Part shown: one piece after another, positions 1 through 10,849 of the stretch
How positions within the stretch are numbered: position 1 is the stretch's first letter
Layout: the number at the start of each line of letters is the position of its first letter
From: Clostridiales bacterium
Lineage (GTDB): Bacteria > Bacillota > Clostridia > DUPQ01
Reading direction: 5' to 3'
Assembly (NCBI GenBank): GCA_023145435.1
Contig: JAGLDS010000002.1
Coordinates: forward strand, 12,675-76,674
Length of the DNA stretch: 64,000 bases
Made by a program: the position numbers and the translations under genes
The notes under the pieces: model-generated
The model's input: the letters and a program-made list of their open reading frames with translations, nothing else
Database searches by the model: none
What the model was told of the DNA's origin: nothing

Positions 1-202
1 AAATTGAAGTATTTAGTTTTTCTTTAGTAAATTCTATTTGAGTTGAAATTAAAATTAGTGCAGGCATTGTAATCATGATAATAAGATTTGATATCTTTTT
101 ATTAAAATCTGATGTAATTATTTTTAATTTATTTGCTATAAAACCAACTACTAAAACAATGAATAAAATTAATACTTGATTAAAAACTGTTGATACATTC
201 AT
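1..202 (-). CDS. AEC (auxin-efflux-carrier / malate-permease-like) family transporter, N-terminal fragment that runs off the window
   Basis: Not in the ORF track because it is truncated. Hand translation from the ATG at 202-200 gives MNVSTVFNQVLILFIVLVVGFIANKLKIITSDFNKKISNLIIMITMPALILISTQIEF. Two hydrophobic segments separated by a basic loop resemble AEC-family N-termini. Confidence 0.5.
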   Translation of the reverse strand, partial: MNVSTVFNQVLILFIVLVVGFIANKLKIITSDFNKKISNLIIMITMPALILISTQIEFTKEKLNTSI

Positions 203-209
203 AAATCAC

Positions 210-1190
210 TTAATCCAATTTCATTCTAGGATCATCTTTTTGATACATTGTATCCCAATCATTAACCATATCATAAACAGACATTGCTATTTTCCCTATA
301 GCATCATAATCACTTTTTTCCATTATGAAATCCGTAGCTTTCACATTATCTATTACTTGAGATGATTTCTTTGCGCCAACAATGGCAGTAGTAATACCTT
401 CTTTATTAATAACCCAATTAATCGCTATTTGTGCTAATGTTTTTTGGTATTTATCAGCATATTTTTTTAGAAGTTCATTTGTATCAATTGCTTTTTCAAA
501 AACTTCTTTTTTATATAAGGCAATCTTATTTTTTCTCATATCTGTATCATCAAAAACCCAATCTTTTGTAAATTTACCAGTTAATAATCCAGATGCAATT
601 GAGCTATATGTCATAACTCCAATATTATTATCTTTACAATAATCAAGTAAACCATTTTCTATTTTTCTCCAATACAAACTATAACATGGTTGGAATACAT
701 CAATTTGACCTTCAGTTATAGCCCTTTTTATATGTTTAATAGTAAAATTAGAAACTCCAATACTTCTAATTTTCCCTTTTTCTTTTAATTTGTTTAATTG
801 TTCCATATTTTTTCTTACATCAATAGCTACATTTGGCCAGTGTATTAAAAACACATCAATATAATCAGTTTGTAATCTTCTTAAACAATCATCAACAGTT
901 TTTTCAGCATTATTTTCTATTAGAGAAGGAGAACCACTTTTGGTTGAAATAATTATTTTTTCTCTTTTTGATTTAAATGCTTTACCAAGAACTTCTTCTG
1001 AATGTCCACCACCATATCCATTAGCTGTATCAAAAAAAGTAATACCATTATCATAAGCTGTATTTAAAGTTTTAATATATTCACTGTCTTCTAGACTTTT
1101 CCCCCATTCTTTACCTGCACCCATTGCCCAAGTTCCAAAAGTTATAGTGGAGACTTTAATATCTGAATTTCCTAATTTAATATATTTCAT
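210..1190 (-). CDS. aldo/keto reductase family oxidoreductase
   Basis: 326-aa ORF. The N-terminus (KLGNSDIKVSTITFGTW) and the FFDTANGYGGGHSEEVLGKAF block are typical AKR signatures. Confidence 0.85.
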   Translation of the reverse strand: MKYIKLGNSDIKVSTITFGTWAMGAGKEWGKSLEDSEYIKTLNTAYDNGITFFDTANGYGGGHSEEVLGKAFKSKREKIIISTKSGSPSLIENNAEKTVDDCLRRLQTDYIDVFLIHWPNVAIDVRKNMEQLNKLKEKGKIRSIGVSNFTIKHIKRAITEGQIDVFQPCYSLYWRKIENGLLDYCKDNNIGVMTYSSIASGLLTGKFTKDWVFDDTDMRKNKIALYKKEVFEKAIDTNELLKKYADKYQKTLAQIAINWVINKEGITTAIVGAKKSSQVIDNVKATDFIMEKSDYDAIGKIAMSVYDMVNDWDTMYQKDDPRMKLD

Positions 1191-1227
1191 TATAAACTCC
1201 TTTTATCGGTTCATTATAAATAGATTA

Positions 1228-1809
1228 TTAGCTCTCGTCAATATATAATAATCTATCACAAAATCTAATAAATTTAGACTGTTTAGTTATGTGTTCCTCT
1301 AATTTAATACCTTCATTTTTCAAGTAATCAATAGCTATTGGATATAAGCTTTCATTTATTTCCCACTCAAGCTCGTAATCAATTTTTCCTAAATAATTAT
1401 TTTCATCAAGTTCCATTGAAGGTAACAAGTCATTTGTAGAAATCATACTTCGCTTAGTCTTAAGTTTACCAATCAATTTAAGTGGTTCAGATAAACCACT
1501 CATAAAATGATTAATAGATGTTTTATTATTAATTATATCAATAAAATCTTCTTTATTAAGATTAATTGAATTCTCTTTCATATCTATTATTCCATCATGA
1601 CTATTACTTGTCATAAGACTTTTAAGTGTTATTTCATAATTATTATTTTTCTCTCTAATTCTAAGGGTCTGTTTTGATTTTCTCATATTAAAATCAGATG
1701 TTTCAAAATAATAATTAGTTTGTACTATATCTTTAGTACTTTTTTTATAAAAGTACTCATATTCATCTTTTGATAACATTATTTTTAGTTCATATTCCCT
1801 ATTTTCCAT
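1228..1809 (-). CDS. CYTH-domain (triphosphate tunnel metalloenzyme) protein
   Basis: 193-aa ORF with the N-terminal ExExK signature (EYELK) that defines CYTH/CyaB-ThTPase domains. Confidence 0.65.
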   Translation of the reverse strand: MENREYELKIMLSKDEYEYFYKKSTKDIVQTNYYFETSDFNMRKSKQTLRIREKNNNYEITLKSLMTSNSHDGIIDMKENSINLNKEDFIDIINNKTSINHFMSGLSEPLKLIGKLKTKRSMISTNDLLPSMELDENNYLGKIDYELEWEINESLYPIAIDYLKNEGIKLEEHITKQSKFIRFCDRLLYIDES

Positions 1810-2218
1810 GTTTTACACCATAAAATACTAAATACCCAATTAAAATCCCTAAAACATTTAAAATAACATCATCAATATCCATTATGCCAACTGAAAATAA
1901 GTACTGAATCATTTCAATAATAATAGGTATCCCTAATGTCATAACAATTAAAATAACCATTCTCTTTTTAAACATTCTAGAAATAAGGAAAAACCCAACT
2001 GGAATAAACACAACAATATTTCCTATTATATTGATTATAAAATCTCTATATTGTCCAATAACTAACAAACCAAAGTACCGTTTCATTGTACTTAATGGAA
2101 TAAAATTAACAGTCAAAAATTCTGTATCTTGATAATTTATTCCTCTAATAAATAACAGGTATCCTAAAAATATAAAATATAAAATAAATAATATGTTAGT
2201 AACTTTTTTTAATCTCAT
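1799..2218 (-). CDS. VanZ-like family membrane protein
   Basis: 139-aa ORF with four hydrophobic segments and an NIIGNIVVFIPVGFF motif typical of VanZ. Overlaps the downstream CYTH gene by 11 nt. Confidence 0.6.
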   Translation of the reverse strand: MRLKKVTNILFILYFIFLGYLLFIRGINYQDTEFLTVNFIPLSTMKRYFGLLVIGQYRDFIINIIGNIVVFIPVGFFLISRMFKKRMVILIVMTLGIPIIIEMIQYLFSVGIMDIDDVILNVLGILIGYLVFYGVKHGK

Positions 2219-2367
2219 AATAAATATTAGTATACATTACATATATTTTTTTTAAAAGAACGTTTTACTCTTTCAAAAAATTTACTAGATGATTTTTGTT
2301 TTTTCTAGTTAATTTGGCTCAATGTCGTTTTATTCTAAATAATATATTAGTTATAGTGTTATAAGTT

Positions 2368-2376
2368 TGATATAAT
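2368..2376 (+). promoter_or_regulatory. putative extended -10 promoter (TGaTATAAT) for the URO-D-family gene
   Basis: TG at 2368-2369, one spacer nt, then TATAAT at 2371-2376. It lies about 30 nt upstream of the start codon. Confidence 0.4.
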
Positions 2377-2404
2377 ATTTTATATTAATTTTTATGAGGT
2401 AGTG

Positions 2405-3454
2405 ATGGAAAAATATACACCAAATTATGAACACATTGTGAATGCAGCATATAATCGTGCACCTTCTAGAATACCTATTTATGAACATATGATTTCAGAA
2501 GAAATAATGGAAGAAATTTTGGGTATAAAGTTTTTTGACTATTATAATGGAAATGATCTTGATTTACATGAATACTTTAAGCAATATAATGGATTTTTTC
2601 ATGAAATGACTTATGACACTATAAGTTTTGAATGTATCTTCTCTGATATTATGCCTGGAAATGGTGCATTATATGGTCATGAACCTGGATGTATAAAAAA
2701 TTATGATGATATAAAAAAATATCCTTGGGATGATTTACCTACTTTGTTTTTCAAACAAAACAAGAGATACTTTGATATTGCAACTCAACATATACCTGAT
2801 GGGATGTCTCTTATTGGTGGGATTGGCAATGGAGTTTTTGAATGTATACAAGATATTGTTGGTTATACGAACTTATGTTATTTAAAAGTTGATGACCCAG
2901 AAGCTTATTCTATTTTATTTAGTAAAATGGGAGATATACTATTAAAAACTTGGGAAATGTTTATTCCTTTATATAAAGATAACTTTTGTGTTTTTAGATT
3001 TGGTGATGATTTAGGTTACAAAAGTAACACCTTATTACCTCCAGATGATGTAGTGAAATATATTTTCCCACAATATAAAAAAACCATTGATTTAGTGCAT
3101 TCATATAATAAACCTTTCTTATTACATTCATGTGGTAATTTATTTGAAGTAATGGATTCATTAATTGATACTGGAATTAATGCAAAACATTCTAATGAAG
3201 ATCAAATTGCTCCAATTAATGTTTGGTATGAAAAATATGGTGAAAAAATAGGTAATTTTGGTGGTATTGACGCTGATATGCTTTGTAGAATGAATAAAGA
3301 TGAATTGAGAAACTATATAAAAGACATATATAAACAGTCTTTAAATGCAAAAGGTGTGGCTCTTGGTTCTGGAAATTCAATCCCTGAATATATCCCTGTA
3401 GAAAATTATTTAACCATGATTGAAACCCTTAACGAATGTCGTATTAAAGATTAA
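2405..3454 (+). CDS. uroporphyrinogen decarboxylase (URO-D) family protein, function unknown
   Basis: ORF track 2402..3454 uses a GTG start. The ATG at 2405 has better spacing to the GAGGT Shine-Dalgarno. Size and overall pattern match the URO-D/MtaA-like TIM-barrel family. No haem-pathway context. Confidence 0.65.
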   Translation: MEKYTPNYEHIVNAAYNRAPSRIPIYEHMISEEIMEEILGIKFFDYYNGNDLDLHEYFKQYNGFFHEMTYDTISFECIFSDIMPGNGALYGHEPGCIKNYDDIKKYPWDDLPTLFFKQNKRYFDIATQHIPDGMSLIGGIGNGVFECIQDIVGYTNLCYLKVDDPEAYSILFSKMGDILLKTWEMFIPLYKDNFCVFRFGDDLGYKSNTLLPPDDVVKYIFPQYKKTIDLVHSYNKPFLLHSCGNLFEVMDSLIDTGINAKHSNEDQIAPINVWYEKYGEKIGNFGGIDADMLCRMNKDELRNYIKDIYKQSLNAKGVALGSGNSIPEYIPVENYLTMIETLNECRIKD

Positions 3455-6400
3455 TAGCTGTTCCATTATGTAATAAATAAATAATTTTTTCTTTAACTTT
3501 TTTATTCATTATTTTTTCAATTGCATATGCATATGTATCAAGTTGAACTTGATATTCTTTTGCCTTTTCTAATTCTAGTCCATTTTCCACATAATCAGTC
3601 TTATAGTCAATTAGTACAATCATATCATCTTCTACAAACATTAAATCTATTACTCCTTGTACAAGTGTATGATGATTAGGTGGTATATCCTTTTTATCTA
3701 ATGGATATATATTAGAAGTTTTCATTGATACCATAAAGCTTTTTTCACGATATACCGTTTTAGCTTTTAATAATCTCTTACCTATATCATCATTAAAAAA
3801 TCTCTTTATAGAAGGTATTACAAATTCATCAACTTCTAATCCCTTAATACACTTTTCTAAGTATTCATCATCTAAAGCTTTATCAAATTTTATTGCTCCT
3901 AATATATTATGTATCATTGTCCCTCTAGTAGAACGATCTATTTTTTTCACTTCTTTTAAAAATGTGGGTTTTTCAATTAATTGATTATTATAAATTGATA
4001 AGTAATCATCATCATATGCTTTTTGAGCCATTTTTTTTATTTCAGTTACTGAAATTTTACGTGGAAGAAGTGATTCTTTTTTATATGGATATTCATAGGA
4101 AAATCTCTTATCTAATTCACCATTAGATAAACTAGTTTCTATCTTATCTTGTGAAATCATAGCTGCATAAGGTTTAATTTGATCTTTTATATTTTCAATA
4201 GATAAAAAGAGTAAAGTTATTGGTACCTTTTCTTTTTGTGAGCTAATAAGTGACATCCCTGCTTCTAAAGCTATTTGTTGACCAACTGTTGATCTTGTTA
4301 AAGCTGACATAATCCAATCTAAATAACTATTACATTTTAAAACATTACCACTTAAAAGTTGTTTTTCTTCACCAAGTCCATAAGATAACCATTTAATACA
4401 AGCATTTTCAATTTTATCAACATGACCCGTAATATATAACTTTTCTCTAGCTCTAGTCATTGCTACATAAAGTACTCGCATTTCTTCTGCCATATTTTCT
4501 CTGTCAATATTTCTAGCAATTAGTCTCTTTAGTACAGTAGGAAATTTATAGCTTTCTTCATAATTAACATATTCAGCACCAAATCCCAATTGTCGATGTA
4601 AAATTATCTGATTTTTTAAATCAGTTTTGTTGTGTGTTTTTCCACAATGACTTACAAAAACTACTGGGAATTCTAATCCTTTACTTTTATGAATTGTCAT
4701 AATTCTTACAACATTGTCTTTTTCTCCAATGGTTTTTGCACCTGCTAAATCCGATTCTTTCTCAATGTGTTCTTTTACATATTGTAAAAATGAAAATAAT
4801 TGATTACCATCTGTCTTTTCAAATTGTCCTGCGATTTCAAACAACCGCCTAACTGTAATTTGTTTTTTGTTAAGTAATGCTTGTGTATCTGCTATGTAAT
4901 AAAATCCAGTTTCTGTTACAATTCGCCATATAAGCTGTTCTAATGAAATAATGGAAGCTTCATGTCTATAATATGATAGGTTTTCTAAAAATTTAACAAT
5001 TTTTTCTTTTAAACTATCATCTAACTTATAATCTAGTACACATTCATAAATAGAATCGCTTTTGTTTTCAGTTGTAATTACAACTAGTTCTTGGTCTGTA
5101 AATGAAAAGAAATCACTTCTCATGATTGATAATAATGGTATATCTTGGTATGGATTATCTAATATAGCAAGAAAATTAATAACCCTAGAAACTGCTTCAT
5201 CTTCAAAAAATGATAGCTTGTCATCAGCAAAAATAGGTATACCCATAATTTTGCAAACATCAATTAATTCGCTAACCTTGTTATTTGTTGCTCTCAAAAG
5301 TATAACAATATCACTAAATTTAATTGATCTAACTTCACTTGTATTCTTATCATATATCTGTTCCCTATTATTAACTAATTCAATAATTTTATTTGCTATC
5401 ATTACAGCTTCAATCGTATCTTTTGTATCATATTGTCCAACAATATTTCCTTTACCATTTGAAATTAACACTTCAACGTTACTTTCCTTTTTGCTGTAAT
5501 AATCTGCAGAAAAACTAAGATATTGATCTTTTGTATAATCCATATCACAAGAATTTTTAGACATTATTTTTGAAAACACAAAGTTAGTCATGTCTAATAT
5601 CTCACCACGGCTTCTAAAATTACTGTTTAATTCTATTTTCCCATTAATCTCATCTTTTGAAACATTAGGAAATAATTGATATTTATCCATGAATAATTGG
5701 GGGTTTGCATTCCTAAATCTATATATACTTTGTTTTACATCACCTACTAAAAATAAATTATTATCTTTTTTTATATGGTTAATAATTGCTTCTTGTACTA
5801 GGTTACTATCTTGATACTCATCAACCAATATTCCTTTATACTTTTGTTGATAAACTTTATCTGCACCACTTTTTAAACATTTTAAACTAAAATGCTCTAA
5901 ATCATTATAATCTAATAACCCTTCTTTTTTCTTCTTTGATTGATAAGTTTCATAAAATTCTTTAATAATTTTCACCAACTGTTCCATCATTGGATATAAC
6001 TCACTAAATATTTGTTGTTGTTCATTAGAATTATTTTGATAAAGATCTTTTATTTTATTTATATTCCCTTTTACAGCATCTCTTATCTTCTTAACTATTT
6101 TTGAAATATTTTTATCAGCTTCTTTATTGTTTCTACCTAATCTTTCAAAACTAACATATGAAAATTTTTCTATCATACTATCATAATTTTCTATTAGTAA
6201 TGACTCTAAAAAGCCATTAAACATGTCTAAATCACTACTAATGGTTATAAAATATCCACTATATAATTTTTCATCTAGAAGTAACAAAGCATCCTTAGTC
6301 TGTTCTATGGCATCTTGTAAGTGTAATTTAGTTATATCTTTGATTTCTTTACCAAATGGATGTTTAAAAAAATCATTACTTTCAACTTTATAGTATTTAA

Positions 6401-6989
6401 GATAGATATCTAATTGTTCTAATGGGTCAGGTGAACTCATAATAAATTTATGTATTTCAATAACTAAATCATAAAGTTTTGAATCATCATATCCAGTACC
6501 ATACTTATTTACAAGTTTTAAGAATTGCTCATTCTTATTCTCATATTCAACCATAAAAACTTCATCAAGGGATTCTTTTATTAATTGTTCTTTTTTTGTA
6601 TTATCTACAATAGAAAATGATGGGTCAACATCTAAAACATGATAATATTCTTTAACAATCTCACTACAAAAGGCATGAATTGTAGTAATTGTGGAACGAT
6701 TAAGTAATAATAATTGTCGACTTAAGTATTGATTGTCAGGTTGTTTTTTAATCTTTTCATATAATGCATGTCTAATTCTTTCTTTCATTTCATAAGCTGC
6801 AGCTTTTGTAAAAGTCATTACAACTAATTGATCAATATCTATATCATATTCAATTTTAGAAATTAAATTAATAATTCTTTCTACAAGCACAGAAGTTTTA
6901 CCAGCCCCTGCACCAGCTGAGACAAGTAAATTCTTATTAACTGTATTGATTGCCATTAATTGGCTTTCAGTCCATTTATCATTACTCAT
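3444..6989 (-). CDS. addA: ATP-dependent helicase/nuclease subunit A (AddA/RexA)
   Basis: 1181 aa. UvrD-type Walker A (AGAGAGKTS), DEYQDS motif, and a C-terminal RecB-type nuclease motif (GVIDLMF...LIDYKTD). ATGA overlap with addB. Confidence 0.92.
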   Translation of the reverse strand: MSNDKWTESQLMAINTVNKNLLVSAGAGAGKTSVLVERIINLISKIEYDIDIDQLVVMTFTKAAAYEMKERIRHALYEKIKKQPDNQYLSRQLLLLNRSTITTIHAFCSEIVKEYYHVLDVDPSFSIVDNTKKEQLIKESLDEVFMVEYENKNEQFLKLVNKYGTGYDDSKLYDLVIEIHKFIMSSPDPLEQLDIYLKYYKVESNDFFKHPFGKEIKDITKLHLQDAIEQTKDALLLLDEKLYSGYFITISSDLDMFNGFLESLLIENYDSMIEKFSYVSFERLGRNNKEADKNISKIVKKIRDAVKGNINKIKDLYQNNSNEQQQIFSELYPMMEQLVKIIKEFYETYQSKKKKEGLLDYNDLEHFSLKCLKSGADKVYQQKYKGILVDEYQDSNLVQEAIINHIKKDNNLFLVGDVKQSIYRFRNANPQLFMDKYQLFPNVSKDEINGKIELNSNFRSRGEILDMTNFVFSKIMSKNSCDMDYTKDQYLSFSADYYSKKESNVEVLISNGKGNIVGQYDTKDTIEAVMIANKIIELVNNREQIYDKNTSEVRSIKFSDIVILLRATNNKVSELIDVCKIMGIPIFADDKLSFFEDEAVSRVINFLAILDNPYQDIPLLSIMRSDFFSFTDQELVVITTENKSDSIYECVLDYKLDDSLKEKIVKFLENLSYYRHEASIISLEQLIWRIVTETGFYYIADTQALLNKKQITVRRLFEIAGQFEKTDGNQLFSFLQYVKEHIEKESDLAGAKTIGEKDNVVRIMTIHKSKGLEFPVVFVSHCGKTHNKTDLKNQIILHRQLGFGAEYVNYEESYKFPTVLKRLIARNIDRENMAEEMRVLYVAMTRAREKLYITGHVDKIENACIKWLSYGLGEEKQLLSGNVLKCNSYLDWIMSALTRSTVGQQIALEAGMSLISSQKEKVPITLLFLSIENIKDQIKPYAAMISQDKIETSLSNGELDKRFSYEYPYKKESLLPRKISVTEIKKMAQKAYDDDYLSIYNNQLIEKPTFLKEVKKIDRSTRGTMIHNILGAIKFDKALDDEYLEKCIKGLEVDEFVIPSIKRFFNDDIGKRLLKAKTVYREKSFMVSMKTSNIYPLDKKDIPPNHHTLVQGVIDLMFVEDDMIVLIDYKTDYVENGLELEKAKEYQVQLDTYAYAIEKIMNKKVKEKIIYLLHNGTAINL

Positions 6990-9900
6990 TTAAAAATTAC
7001 ATCCTTATCATCAATTTTAGTAATATTCTTATATCTACATTCCTCTTTTAAGGTATCAAATCCACATATGCTTTTATATAAACAATATTCACAAGGTTTG
7101 CTGCCATTATCTCTAATTGGATATACATCATTATTAAGAGAAAAAATCTCGTTTGTTTTTTCTTCAATGAATTTACTCATATAGGTAAACATATCATTTA
7201 ATTTTTCATTTGAGATAGTGTTTTTATGTGAAAATACATCGCTTTTTTCATAATTTTCTTTATCAGTTAATTTTTTAATATCATCATCATCTATAGTAAA
7301 TCCAGTTAATTGACTTTTTTTATGTAATTGTTCATCTACTGTTAAATCATTTACTCTTTTATTAAGACCAATAATTGGTTTAACTGTTGCAAAATAGTAC
7401 ATACCTCCAGGTAAAGCAATTTTTTGCTGATTAATAGCATAAAGGTATAAGGCTAACTGTAAATCAATACCCTCTTTTATTCTATATAGTTTAAGTTCTT
7501 TACCAGATAATTTATAATCAATAATTCTAAAAACTTCTTTATCATTTAAAGGAGCAACATCAATTCTATCAATTCGTCCATTTAACATTATTTTTTTACC
7601 AGTTTCAGTGTTAATAATAACTGGTGGATATTCTTTATTTATCCCAAATCCAACTTCAAAACTTTTAGGTTCAAAATCACCTTTTTGAATTTGTCTAATT
7701 ATTTCTTCATAAGAAAAGACAATTCTATCAATTATTCTCTTACTTAAAAATTTAAGTTTATTATTTCTAGAAAATATTTCTTTATTATTAGTCTGTTCTT
7801 TAAAAATGTCTTTTGCTTGTTCTCTTATTAAGAATTTGTCTACTATATTTCTTTGTAGCATTTTCCCTAAAACATCATGTATTATACTCCCAATATCAGG
7901 TGGTTTCATTGCAAAAATTTCTCGCTCTTTTGCATTAAGTCCATACCTAACAAAGTAAGAAAAAGGGCATTTTGTATATGCTTCTAAACGCGTTACTGAT
8001 GTGGTTATAGTATCACCATATAATCTATTTGCTAACTCTTCATTGGAAAGTTCTAAATTAATATGATCTCTATAAAGCTCTATATATTGTTCATATTTGT
8101 TATCTGTATACCACTTTTTAAGTAACTTTGATAATAAATCTTGGTTAAGTAAAAAAGCTAATCCCATTTCAGGTGAATATAGATAATCAGTTTTATTATA
8201 TGATGAAACACTAAATTCTTTTATTTCATCAAAAAGAGTTAGTACTTGCTCAACTAAGTATGCAGGTCTTCTGCTTTGATGGCTTAAATCTGCAATTGAA
8301 TAACTAATGAATAATTTCTTTGTAACCATTTTAACAACTTCATATTCAACTAGTCGTTGCTCTAATACTTGTGATAGTGTATCTGCTGCTATAAAAATCC
8401 CACTATCCATTAATAATAAGCGTTCTTTATCTGATAATATCCCTTGTTTCATAATAGGTCCTGGAAAATCCGGTTCATTAACTGCCATAACAAAATACAC
8501 TTTTTTTTCTAAGCTACTGGTATGTAGAATATTTCCAATTTCCACTTGGTCATTACTGGGCGGAACTAAAGCTATATGATACTCTGAAAAAGCAATTGTT
8601 AATAAATCAAGATACTTGCTAGTTGTTAATGATTCATTCCCAAGAACTGTTTCAATTTGAGAAAAAATTGTCATTATAATATTCCAACTTTGTTTTAATT
8701 CATCTGCATAATCTAACGAATGATTATTTTTGGCATCAATAATCATTTGTTGTAACATTTCATATACTCTATTATCTATTAAAAAATTATAAAGTGATGT
8801 TAAAAAAATCTTTGGGCTATTTGCATTTTTTATTTCACTAAATAAAGGAGTTAACGAATTAACTAACTTCTCTCTAATTAAATTTGCAATTTCTAGTTGT
8901 TTATCGTCATATATATTATTAGACTTTTTAAATGTAAATGGTGAATTATACATTTTAACACCACTTATTTCCCATTTTAAAACATAGTTTTCGAATTGAC
9001 TAACTAAATCAAAATCTATTGAACAAAAAGGTGATTTTAAAAATGAAAACACACTATCGAATGAATACTTTTCATCATAAATTCTTAATAGTGACATAAT
9101 ATAATGTACTAATGGATGTTTAGTGATTGGTCTTTTTGCTGATAAAAAGAAAGGTATTTTATATGTGTTAAATATAGCTTTTATATAATATTGGTATTCA
9201 TCAAGTAATGGACATCCAATTACTATGTCTTTGTACCTATATGTACCCTCCCTTACTAATTGACTTATTTTCATAGCTACTTCGTTTATTTCCTCATAAA
9301 TACTACTAGCTTTATATATATTAATATCTGATATCTGGCCTTTGTATGTTTTACCTCTAAAAGAAAAATATTCATCTTGTAAAAACTGTAATTCAGATGA
9401 TAATTTATCTTTTTCAGGTATAAATATTTCTTCCATTTGATAATTTTTATCTTGTCCTAGTTTTATTACTTTATTATATGTTTCGATTAAAGGATAAAAA
9501 ACAGACTGTTTATTACTAGTTTGTAATATAGGTGTGCTTAAACATATAGTTACACTGTTTGACATTTGTAATAGCGAATCAATACAACGTAATTCTTGTG
9601 TTGTAAATCCATTAAACTTATCTAACCAAATCTCACTATCTTGTAATAATTTATTTGATAATATTAAATCTGCTAATAAACCAAGATCATCATCACTATC
9701 AACAAACTTTTTACTTTGTAGACGTTGTTCAAATACTTCATAAATCTTTGATATCTCAATTAATTTTTGGGCCAACAATTGATTAGAACTTTTTCTAGCA
9801 ATATCATACAACTGCCCATATGATATTTCATATCGTTTTAATTCAGTAATTAGTGATGTTACTTTATTTGAAAAAGATGGATAAGAAGAGGGTTTAGCAA

Positions 9901-10225
9901 AAACTTCAAAAGTTGATGATAATTCTTGTATAATACTATACATTAACATGCTCTTCCCAGCATTATCAATATATGAATCTCGCTGTTGCATTGTTAACAA
10001 AAATTGTTTACTAGCTAGCCGTCTAAATGTGGTTACCTCGACTTGCATCATACCTTTTACTAAACTATTTTCTACAATTTTCTGTTCATATAAAGATGAG
10101 TACTGTTCTGGGACTATAACAATTAGCGGATGTTTATCTCCACTTTGTAATCGCTTGTTTATTTCTTCAATTATATGTTTGGTATTATCACTTTTTGATA
10201 AACCATATAGAACTCTTCCCCTCAT
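6986..10225 (-). CDS. addB: ATP-dependent helicase/nuclease subunit B (AddB/RexB)
   Basis: 1079 aa, immediately upstream of addA. Nuclease motif GRIDRID...IIDYKLSGK. Fe-S cysteines (CPFSYF ... CEYCLYKSIC). The N-terminal Walker A position is degenerate (GLSKSDNT). Confidence 0.9.
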   Translation of the reverse strand: MRGRVLYGLSKSDNTKHIIEEINKRLQSGDKHPLIVIVPEQYSSLYEQKIVENSLVKGMMQVEVTTFRRLASKQFLLTMQQRDSYIDNAGKSMLMYSIIQELSSTFEVFAKPSSYPSFSNKVTSLITELKRYEISYGQLYDIARKSSNQLLAQKLIEISKIYEVFEQRLQSKKFVDSDDDLGLLADLILSNKLLQDSEIWLDKFNGFTTQELRCIDSLLQMSNSVTICLSTPILQTSNKQSVFYPLIETYNKVIKLGQDKNYQMEEIFIPEKDKLSSELQFLQDEYFSFRGKTYKGQISDINIYKASSIYEEINEVAMKISQLVREGTYRYKDIVIGCPLLDEYQYYIKAIFNTYKIPFFLSAKRPITKHPLVHYIMSLLRIYDEKYSFDSVFSFLKSPFCSIDFDLVSQFENYVLKWEISGVKMYNSPFTFKKSNNIYDDKQLEIANLIREKLVNSLTPLFSEIKNANSPKIFLTSLYNFLIDNRVYEMLQQMIIDAKNNHSLDYADELKQSWNIIMTIFSQIETVLGNESLTTSKYLDLLTIAFSEYHIALVPPSNDQVEIGNILHTSSLEKKVYFVMAVNEPDFPGPIMKQGILSDKERLLLMDSGIFIAADTLSQVLEQRLVEYEVVKMVTKKLFISYSIADLSHQSRRPAYLVEQVLTLFDEIKEFSVSSYNKTDYLYSPEMGLAFLLNQDLLSKLLKKWYTDNKYEQYIELYRDHINLELSNEELANRLYGDTITTSVTRLEAYTKCPFSYFVRYGLNAKEREIFAMKPPDIGSIIHDVLGKMLQRNIVDKFLIREQAKDIFKEQTNNKEIFSRNNKLKFLSKRIIDRIVFSYEEIIRQIQKGDFEPKSFEVGFGINKEYPPVIINTETGKKIMLNGRIDRIDVAPLNDKEVFRIIDYKLSGKELKLYRIKEGIDLQLALYLYAINQQKIALPGGMYYFATVKPIIGLNKRVNDLTVDEQLHKKSQLTGFTIDDDDIKKLTDKENYEKSDVFSHKNTISNEKLNDMFTYMSKFIEEKTNEIFSLNNDVYPIRDNGSKPCEYCLYKSICGFDTLKEECRYKNITKIDDKDVIFK

Positions 10226-10286
10226 ATATTTATTATAGCATGTACAAAGAGTATTTTTGTCTCATATACATTTTTTTATAAGAATA

Positions 10287-10295
10287 TGCTATAAT
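10287..10295 (+). promoter_or_regulatory. putative extended -10 promoter (TGcTATAAT)
   Basis: TGcTATAAT lies about 30 nt upstream of the GTG start at 10325, which is preceded by AAGGGA. Confidence 0.4.
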
Positions 10296-10324
10296 TTGAT
10301 AAACAATAACGAAAGGGATTATAA

Positions 10325-10849
10325 GTGATTATTTCTAATACTAATGATATAGCTGAAAACAAACTAATTCTATTAACTATTTCTGAAGAAATGGGATTAG
10401 CAATGTCTAAACAACAATTCTCTGAAATCATTATTAAAGGAAATTTAATGAATTATTTTATTATGGGTCACTTAATTGATTCTCTACTAGAAGATGAATA
10501 TTTCACAAAAATTGAAGATAAATATATATTAACAACTAAGGGAAGTGAAACTCTATCTTTTTTAACTCATAAAATACCAAAAGGAATTAAAAAGTACATT
10601 GCTAATATTGCATCTGCATTAAGAAATTCTGTTAAGAAAGAACTGGAAATAAATGTTGGATATTCTTTTGGAAGTGCAGATGATTTTATGGCTGATTTAT
10701 CAATAAAAGAAAATCAATCTCCACTACTTCAAGTTTCTTTTTGTGCAGGTACAAAAAAAGAAGCAAAAAAAATCTGCGATTCGTTTACCAAACACGCAGA
10801 TGAAATATATTTAGAAATAATGAACACTCTACTCAAAAATAGAGATTGA
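10325..10849 (+). CDS. DUF4364-like putative winged-helix protein
   Basis: 174-aa ORF with a GTG start. The overall pattern resembles the Firmicute DUF4364 family. Recognition is by memory only. Confidence 0.5.
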   Translation: MIISNTNDIAENKLILLTISEEMGLAMSKQQFSEIIIKGNLMNYFIMGHLIDSLLEDEYFTKIEDKYILTTKGSETLSFLTHKIPKGIKKYIANIASALRNSVKKELEINVGYSFGSADDFMADLSIKENQSPLLQVSFCAGTKKEAKKICDSFTKHADEIYLEIMNTLLKNRD

